64,000 nucleotides of DNA from Prevotella sp. (GTDB lineage: Bacteria > Bacteroidota > Bacteroidia > Bacteroidales > Bacteroidaceae), in assembly GCA_017471245.1 (NCBI GenBank), contig JAFUVB010000064.1, forward strand, positions 49,270-113,269. Reading direction: 5' to 3'. Shown here in pieces: positions 57,762 to 64,000 of the stretch. The position numbers and the translations under genes are program-made. Below the pieces are notes generated by a model. That model searched no databases, was not told the DNA's origin, and saw only the letters and a list, made by a program, of their open reading frames with translations. Every line of letters begins with the position of its first letter. The first letter of the stretch is position 1.

Positions 57762-59912
57762 CTACTTCATGGAAAGCGAGATGCGGTTGCGCCTTCTGTC
57801 AACTTCGATGACCTTCACCTTCACATGCTGATGCAGGTGAACTACGTCGTTGGGGTCTTTTACATACTTGTTTGCCAACTGGGAGATGTGAACCAGTCCA
57901 TCCTGATGCACGCCAATGTCGACGAAAGCACCGAAATTGGTGATGTTTGTGACAATGCCCGGCAGGATCATACCTACCACGAGGTCGTCAACTTCTTTCA
58001 CATTCGGGTCGAATTCAAACACTTCTATCTGTTCACGAGGGTCGCGTCCGGGCTTCTCAAGCTCGTTCATGATATCATTTAACGTAGGAAGTCCAACATC
58101 CTGATTTACATATCGTTTGATGTCTATGCCTTCGCGCAGTTCCTTTTTCTCAATCAACTCCTTCACAGAGCACTGCTGATCCTTCGCCATTTGTTCCACG
58201 ATGTGGTAGCTTTCGGGATGTACTGCCGAGTTGTCGAGCGGGTTCTTGGCACCGGGAATGCGCAAGAAGCCTGCGCATTGCGTATATGCAGCCGGTCCAA
58301 GTCGCGCTACTTTCTTCAGTTCTGCACGCGATGTGAATGCGCCATGTTGCTTTCTGTATTCCACGATATTACCTGCCAGCGTCATGCCAAGGCCGCTTAC
58401 ATACATCAAAAGGTGCTGACTGGCAGTGTTTAGATTAACTCCCACAGAGTTTACGCAACTTTCCACCGTCTGGTCAAGGCTCTTTTTCAGTTTGGTTTGG
58501 TCCACGTCGTGCTGATATTGTCCCACGCCGATGCTCTTCGGGTCTATTTTCACCAATTCAGCAAGCGGGTCCATCAGTCGGCGACCTATGCTCACGGCAC
58601 CGCGAACCGTCACATCCTCGTCGGGAAACTCATCTCTTGCAATCTTCGAAGCTGAATAAACCGATGCGCCGTCTTCGCTCACGGTGAACACCTGCACCGT
58701 TTCTTGTCCGCCGTTTTCCTGCTTCATGGTTGCCAGCGTGTCGCTTACGAAATCCTTTGTTTCCCTCGATGCCGTTCCGTTTCCTATGGCAATGGCTTCA
58801 ATCTGGTAGTTTTTCAGCATCTGAATCATGTGCATCGTTGCCTGCATGCGGTGATTCACGGGCGGATGGGGGAATATTGCCTCGTGGTGAAGCAGGTTTC
58901 CCTGCGCGTCAAGGCATACAACCTTGCATCCGGTGCGAAATCCCGGGTCCACTCCCATTACCCTTTTCTGTCCCAAAGGTGCGCCCAACAAGAGCTGGCG
59001 CAGGTTTTCTGAGAACACTTGGATGGCTTCATCGTCGGCCTTTTCTTTGCTGGCAGCGGCAAATTCGGTTTCTATCGACGGTTCGAGCAGCCGTTTATAG
59101 CCATCCTCAACCGCCTCGCCCACCAGCGTTTGGCATTTGCCGTAGCCCCTCACGTAGGTTCTCTTCAGGCGTTGGATGCACTGTTCGTCGTCGGTTTTGA
59201 TGCTCACGCGCAGGAAACCGTCGTTTTCGCCGCGCCGCATGGCGAGCAGCCTGTGCGATGAGCACCTTCTGAGCGGTTCGCTCCAGTCGAAGTAGTCGGA
59301 ATATTTTGCCGCATCGTCTTCGTCTTTCTTCGCTTTCACCACCTTACTTATTATTATAGCGTCGCGGCGGAATGCCTGTCTCACCTGATTACGTGAGTTT
59401 TCGTCCTCGCTCACCATCTCTGCGATGATGTCCTGCGCACCTTTCAGCGCCATTGCCGCATCTTTCACGTCGCCTTTCACAAATCGGCGCGCCGCTTCTG
59501 CTGGGTTTTGCTCGCGCTGAAGCAGCAGAATGGTTGCCAAAGGCTCTAATCCCAGCTCTCGCGCCACAGATGCGCGCGTGCGTCGCTTGGGTCGGAAGGG
59601 CAGATAAATGTCCTCAAGCTCGGTCGATTCCCAACAGTTTTCAATGCGTTTTCTCAGTTCTTCGGTCAGTTTGCCTTGCTCGGTGATGGTGTTGATGATG
59701 GTTTCCTTGCGCTTGGCAATCTCTTTCAGCTTGTCGTTCAGGCTTGCAATCTGCGCAATCTGCACCTCATTCATTCCGCCGGTGCGCTCTTTTCGGTAGC
59801 GCGAAATGAAGGGAATGGTGCATCCTTCGTCTAATAATGCCAGTGTGTTGTCTACGTTTTTCTCCGGCAGTGCGAGCTGCTTGGCGATGAAAGGTGTGAA
59901 AACGTTGCTCAT
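57762..59912 (-). CDS. tex: Tex-family RNA-binding transcriptional accessory protein
   Basis: TIPFISRYRKERTG, GVDPGFRTGCK, SEDGASVYSAS, IGVGQYQHD and a C-terminal S1 domain (TNFGAFVDIG). Confidence 0.96.
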   Translation of the reverse strand: MSNVFTPFIAKQLALPEKNVDNTLALLDEGCTIPFISRYRKERTGGMNEVQIAQIASLNDKLKEIAKRKETIINTITEQGKLTEELRKRIENCWESTELEDIYLPFRPKRRTRASVARELGLEPLATILLLQREQNPAEAARRFVKGDVKDAAMALKGAQDIIAEMVSEDENSRNQVRQAFRRDAIIISKVVKAKKDEDDAAKYSDYFDWSEPLRRCSSHRLLAMRRGENDGFLRVSIKTDDEQCIQRLKRTYVRGYGKCQTLVGEAVEDGYKRLLEPSIETEFAAASKEKADDEAIQVFSENLRQLLLGAPLGQKRVMGVDPGFRTGCKVVCLDAQGNLLHHEAIFPHPPVNHRMQATMHMIQMLKNYQIEAIAIGNGTASRETKDFVSDTLATMKQENGGQETVQVFTVSEDGASVYSASKIARDEFPDEDVTVRGAVSIGRRLMDPLAELVKIDPKSIGVGQYQHDVDQTKLKKSLDQTVESCVNSVGVNLNTASQHLLMYVSGLGMTLAGNIVEYRKQHGAFTSRAELKKVARLGPAAYTQCAGFLRIPGAKNPLDNSAVHPESYHIVEQMAKDQQCSVKELIEKKELREGIDIKRYVNQDVGLPTLNDIMNELEKPGRDPREQIEVFEFDPNVKEVDDLVVGMILPGIVTNITNFGAFVDIGVHQDGLVHISQLANKYVKDPNDVVHLHQHVKVKVIEVDRRRNRISLSMK

Positions 59913-60147
59913 GATGTAAGTTTGATTATTCTTTGAAAAACACTTTGTGCCGTCAACGATGGTGTTTGCGGCGTTGCAAAGGTAATCAAAATATGTGAAT
60001 AACCATCAGCATTCGTCTATGAAAAGCCGCTATGTTGAAAAAAAATGTATTAATAATGTTAAATTTATTTTGGTGGAAAAGGCGAATACCTTATCTTTGC
60101 ATCCCGATAATATAGCAAGTCAAAAATATTAATTAACTGATACCAAA

Positions 60148-62199
60148 ATGCGAAAGTTATACCAAAGGGCATTGGCTGTTATGGCCTTTGCGAGCGTTGC
60201 TTGTGCTGTTCAGGCGCAAGAAGTGACTTTGTCGATTGACAGAGAGAAGTATCCGCAGCTCACGGATGTGCCTACGATGTACATCGAAGTAGACGGAAAC
60301 AAGGAAATCACCACCAAAGTGAGTGCGTATGATTCTGCAACGATCGTGATTGTGGATGCTAACGGACAGCTGAAGGAGCGCAACGAGCGCGTGGGAATCC
60401 GCTTGCGCGGCAACTCTACAAGCTCTTCGGCGAAGAAACCCTACCGTTTGAAGTTCCCAAGCAAGACCGCTCTGCTGAAGAAAGCCGACGGAACCAACGA
60501 CTTTGCCGACGCTAAGAGCTGGACATTGCTTGCCAATGCCTACGACAAATCGATGATCCACAACGCCCTGACCTATGAGCTGGGCAAGTTCGTGGGACTT
60601 CCGTTCTGTCCCTGCTACCAGTTTGTTGACCTCGTTTATAACGGCGACTACCGCGGAACCTATCAGATTTCCGACCAGGTGCAGCAAGACAAGAACCGCG
60701 TGAATATCGGAAAAGACGGCTGGCTGTGGGAATTGACCCGCCAATCCTTTATCGATGCTAACGATTCGACAATGTTAAACGACGGTATTTATGCCATTAT
60801 CAAGAACCCCGACACCGATGATTTCGATGGGGATTCACTGAAGAGGGTGATGACTCCTGTGTTCGAGGGCATGGTCAACGCCATCAACAGCCGCGATTTC
60901 AGTGAATCCACGGGCTATCGCAAATATATCGACGTGGAATCGCTTATTGATTACTACATCGTGATGGAGGTTAGCGGCAACTACGACGCATGGGTGAGCA
61001 ACTATATGTATAAGAATGCAGCCGACGAAAAGCTGAAATTCGGTCCCGTTTGGGACTGCGACCTCTGCTACGGCAACAAAAGCGGGCTCGAAAATATCCT
61101 CACTTGGGAGAACAATGGCAGCTCTTTCCAGCCAATGGCTTCGAAAATACGGAACATCTTCGGCGATCCGCAGTTCGTGAAGGCACTCAACGACCGCTGG
61201 AACGAGCTTGTGGAGCAGGGAATACTCGACTTCCTGAAAGCCAAGACCGACTCTTTGGCGAGCGTTGTGGCACAGACGCAGGCCAAAAACTATTCGCTTT
61301 CGTCGAAAGGAGCTGCCTGGAATGTGAACCAAAAGGAGTTCGACTGGGCAGGCGGCGACGTTTATACCTCGTATGATGCATCGGTTGCTGCCATCAAAAC
61401 GTTCCTCGATGCGCACGTTTCTTACATGACAACGCGCTTTGAGGCAGAATTGGCAGCCGTGGAGAGCGCTAAGACAACCGTAGAACTGAATGCGCAGGAC
61501 GAGCAATATCAGTTTAACAACAACATTGCCGACAGCGACGGACAATACAACTATACCAAACTGAACCGCATGGCTGACGTTTCGATTGCCAACCGCACCA
61601 TCGACGGCGCGGCTTGGAACACCATCTGCCTGCCGTTTGATGCCACGCGCGAACAGCTTGAGGCAGCTTTCGGCACGGAATACAAGCTCCGCGAGTTCAC
61701 CGACGTTGAAGGAAGCGTCATGAAATTTGCCGAACCGAAGGACAAAAAGATCATTGCCGGTGTGCCATACCTCATCAAACTGAGCGGCGCAGGTGCCTCG
61801 GCGAGCCTGAATTTCACCGATGTGATGCTCACCGTAAAGGTTCCGCTCACCATTACCCACGGCGACTATTCGTTTGCAGGCACGTTCTGGAAGACCACAC
61901 TCAACACCGACGGCACCCATCTCTTCCTTGGCGCAGCCGACGAACTGTATAAACCCACCACGTCGGGCAACAAAATCTATGGCATGCGCGCCTATTTCGT
62001 GGTGCCAGCAGGCAGCAGCGCCAAGGTGCAGATTGCCGAAAGCGATGCCGAAACCACGGGTATCAGCGAGCTTGTCGCAGGTAAAGCAACTGCAAACGGT
62101 GCCGTTTACAGTGTGAGCGGGCAGCTCGTGGGCAGCAAGAGAGGCTCACTTCCCAAGGGAATCTATATCCAGGACGGCAAGAAATTCGTGGTAAAATAA
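60148..62199 (+). CDS. Secreted CotH-family kinase with a 'WNT' domain and T9SS-like tail
   Basis: RLRGNST, KKPYRLKF, WTLLANAYDKS, YRGTY and GPVWDCDLCYGN; then WNTICLPF...MRAYF; tail ETTGIS...KGIYIQDGKKFVVK. Confidence 0.88.
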   Translation: MRKLYQRALAVMAFASVACAVQAQEVTLSIDREKYPQLTDVPTMYIEVDGNKEITTKVSAYDSATIVIVDANGQLKERNERVGIRLRGNSTSSSAKKPYRLKFPSKTALLKKADGTNDFADAKSWTLLANAYDKSMIHNALTYELGKFVGLPFCPCYQFVDLVYNGDYRGTYQISDQVQQDKNRVNIGKDGWLWELTRQSFIDANDSTMLNDGIYAIIKNPDTDDFDGDSLKRVMTPVFEGMVNAINSRDFSESTGYRKYIDVESLIDYYIVMEVSGNYDAWVSNYMYKNAADEKLKFGPVWDCDLCYGNKSGLENILTWENNGSSFQPMASKIRNIFGDPQFVKALNDRWNELVEQGILDFLKAKTDSLASVVAQTQAKNYSLSSKGAAWNVNQKEFDWAGGDVYTSYDASVAAIKTFLDAHVSYMTTRFEAELAAVESAKTTVELNAQDEQYQFNNNIADSDGQYNYTKLNRMADVSIANRTIDGAAWNTICLPFDATREQLEAAFGTEYKLREFTDVEGSVMKFAEPKDKKIIAGVPYLIKLSGAGASASLNFTDVMLTVKVPLTITHGDYSFAGTFWKTTLNTDGTHLFLGAADELYKPTTSGNKIYGMRAYFVVPAGSSAKVQIAESDAETTGISELVAGKATANGAVYSVSGQLVGSKRGSLPKGIYIQDGKKFVVK

Positions 62200-62204
62200 G
62201 GCGT

Positions 62205-62227
62205 TGAGGCAGCTCTCAGCTGCCTCA
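62205..62227. other. Hairpin between the CotH gene and its downstream peptide
   Basis: tgaggcagct-ctc-agctgcctca; a T-run starts 7 nt later. Confidence 0.6.
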
Positions 62228-62275
62228 TGCCCAGTTTTTTAACAGAAAAATATACAGTAAATCTTTAAGAACATC

Positions 62276-62443
62276 ATGAAAAAGAAAGCATATATATCAC
62301 CGCGCATCTGCGAAAAGCAGGTTTACGACGAGCCGTTGATGGCGGTTATATCGGATGGAAATTCGGTTGAAGCTACACCAAACGGTGAAGAAGATGCCGC
62401 AGGAGCGCGCTCCAAAGGCAGTATTTGGGAGTTCTCCAATTAG
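62276..62443 (+). CDS. 55-aa peptide MKKKAYISPRICEKQVYDEPLMAVISDGNSVEATPNGEEDAAGARSKGSIWEFSN (not in the ORF track)
   Basis: Manual translation; A-rich upstream region; motif-level similarity to the peptide at 26766. Confidence 0.8.
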   Translation: MKKKAYISPRICEKQVYDEPLMAVISDGNSVEATPNGEEDAAGARSKGSIWEFSN

Positions 62444-62450
62444 AAAGCCA

Positions 62451-62752
62451 AGGGGGGAGTTTTTAAGAAGCAAGAGGCAAGAGGCAAGAAGCAAGAGAAT
62501 AGCTTTTTGGGAAGCAAGAAGCAGGTTTTTAAGAAGCAAGAAGCAAGAGGCAAGAAGCAAGAGAATAGCTTTTTGGGAAGCAAGAAGCAGGTTTTTAAGA
62601 AGCAAGAAGCAAGAGGCAAGAAGCAAGAGAATAGCATTGAATCTCTTGCTTCTTGCTTTTCATTTCTTGCCACTTTGTATCCTAAAACCACGCATCTCTG
62701 AATCTATTCTCTTGCTTCTTGCCTCTTGCCTCTTGCTTCTCAAAACCCCTCT
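62451..62752. repeat. Heptamer element with 66-bp higher-order tandem units and a terminal inverted repeat
   Basis: Units start at 62459, 62525 and 62591; reverse-complement arm at 62704-62752. Confidence 0.88.
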
Positions 62753-62770
62753 CCTTAGTTCCCGTTTTTC

Positions 62771-62851
62771 AAAACCTATGTTTTTGAGCGTGAAAAACAT
62801 AGGTTTCGAGGATCAAAACCATAGTTTTTTCGTCTCAAAACCATAGGTTTT
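62771..62851. repeat. 22-bp-period array 4 (4 units)
   Basis: Cores at 62771, 62793, 62815 and 62837 (aaaacctatgttttt, aaaaacataggtttc, aaaaccatagttttt, aaaaccataggtttt). Confidence 0.88.
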
Positions 62852-62891
62852 GTAACGCATTAAATATCAATGTGTTACGAGAAAAAATAGC

Positions 62892-62920
62892 AAGGGCGGT
62901 GCCAAATCGGCACCGCCCTT
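62892..62920 (-). terminator. Terminator hairpin after the lipoprotein gene
   Basis: aagggcggtgcc-aaatc-ggcaccgccctt; the plus-strand A-run at 62882-62887 gives a U-tail on the minus strand. Confidence 0.75.
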
Positions 62921-62926
62921 GTCGTG

Positions 62927-63553
62927 TCAGTTATTTTTCGCACCGCGAACAGGCTTCTTTTGCGTTTCTTTCACTGCGATGGGGTTGCCGTCATCGTCGG
63001 TTATCAAGGCGTTTTTCTTGGCATATCCCCAGTAGTAGTCATTGTATCCCCAGTCGTAATAGTTGTTCCAGTCGTTGGGCGAGTAGGTCTTCCTCAGGCT
63101 GAAGTTAGACCATTCGCCGTTTTCGTATGTAATCACACCCTCAAACCATCCGTCGTAGTCGCTGAGATAGTAGCGTGAGATTTCTGCGTAGGCATTATCT
63201 TCAACGTAATAGAGGCGGATAATGCCGTTGACAACCTCCCAGTTGATGTGGTTTGCGATGTAATACATGTTGCGGCTGCTATGATACCAGGGCGACTGCT
63301 CGCCGAAATAGTCCACCTGATAGCCCGTTCCGCTGGCATATCTGTAAGGATCCTGGGCGAAATAGAGTTCCGAGCGGGTTGCATAATATGTGGTTACGTA
63401 GGGACCGTCGTTAACATTCATCACCACGCCCATGTCTCCAACCCATGCGCCTTCGAGGTTGTAGGCAGCGTAATCATCATCGTCGGTGTCGCATGAAACG
63501 AAGAATAACGTCGTCATCATTGACATTGCCAAAAGTGTAAACAGCTTTTTCAT
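62927..63553 (-). CDS. Lipoprotein of unknown function, Tyr/Trp-rich beta domain (ORF track start 63604)
   Basis: MKKLFTLLAMSMMTTLFFVSC-DTDDDD lipobox with an acidic export signal; LEGAWVGDMG motif. Confidence 0.85.
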   Translation of the reverse strand: MKKLFTLLAMSMMTTLFFVSCDTDDDDYAAYNLEGAWVGDMGVVMNVNDGPYVTTYYATRSELYFAQDPYRYASGTGYQVDYFGEQSPWYHSSRNMYYIANHINWEVVNGIIRLYYVEDNAYAEISRYYLSDYDGWFEGVITYENGEWSNFSLRKTYSPNDWNNYYDWGYNDYYWGYAKKNALITDDDGNPIAVKETQKKPVRGAKNN

Positions 63554-63760
63554 AATCGTATAGTTTATTAGGTGAATACTCTTGTTTCCATTTCTCTGTT
63601 GCAAAGATAAGCATAATAATTGTATCCTGCAAGAAGGAAAACCATAAAGTGTAGTAGGAATATCCCTATTTATAGGGAGAAAAACCCGCGATAGTGGCTA
63701 AAATCTTTGCACGGCTGACAAAAAATGCTTACTTTTGCACCATAATATAAAACAACAGGA

Positions 63761-64000
63761 ATGATTTCTGTAGAAGGACTGAAGGTGGAATTCGGCATCA
63801 AACCGCTGTTTCAGGATGCCAATTTCGTGGTTAACGCGCGCGACCGCATCGCTCTTGTGGGCAAGAACGGTGCTGGAAAGAGCACGTTGCTGAAGATTCT
63901 TTGCGGAGAACAGAAGCCTACGGCAGGCAATGTGGCCGTTCCCGCCGACACCACCATAGGCTATCTGCCCCAGGTGATGATACTTCAAGACGACACCACT
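63761..64000 (+). CDS. ABC-F family ATP-binding protein, partial (runs off the right edge)
   Basis: MISVEGLKVEFG...RIALVGKNGAGKSTLLKI...IGYLPQ; promoter box TACTTTTG at 63730-63737. Confidence 0.9.
   Translation, partial: MISVEGLKVEFGIKPLFQDANFVVNARDRIALVGKNGAGKSTLLKILCGEQKPTAGNVAVPADTTIGYLPQVMILQDDTT

Noticed and set aside
62297-62846. ORFs such as MLLASCFLLL... and SKKQEARSK... here and at 57648-58082
   Set aside because: They are translations of heptamer microsatellites, or antisense to tex; low complexity with no coding signal.

Overview
A core-chromosome segment from a Bacteroidota bacterium, very likely Prevotellaceae. This is inferred from the TTTG..TAnnTTTG promoters, the Prevotella-type C-terminal secretion tails and the gene content. 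From left to right the window holds: a trp operon in the order D-C-F-A-paaI-B-E-G, preceded by an unannotated Trp-Trp-Trp leader peptide and attenuator; PAP2, GtrA, a membrane protein, hisB, a lytic transglycosylase and a large MscS; a beta-mannan catabolic cluster (GH5, CE7, GH26, GH130, GPH transporter, 2-epimerase) interleaved with two non-catalytic secreted proteins; a BspA-type LRR protein; an 11-subunit-type complex I operon lacking nuoEFG; a transglutaminase-domain protein; GH29-cutC; an exonuclease; GH28, an unclassified six-hairpin glycosidase and GH36; tRNA-Phe; sppA-lpxK-punA-thiL; an SDR, tex, a secreted CotH kinase, a lipoprotein and a partial ABC-F. I saw no integrase, transposase, phage genes or CRISPR. 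Three signals are not explained by standard annotation. (1) Two paralogous modules each pair a large secreted protein carrying a shared 'WNT' domain with a 55-63 aa peptide carrying MxKKxYIxP...SIW motifs; one peptide is absent from the ORF track. (2) A family of composite non-coding elements: long inverted repeats with 7-bp microsatellite loops, plus arrays with a strict 22-bp period. Repeat elements occupy 6 of the 7 convergent gene junctions. (3) The trp attenuator and a candidate structured RNA upstream of the transglycosylase.
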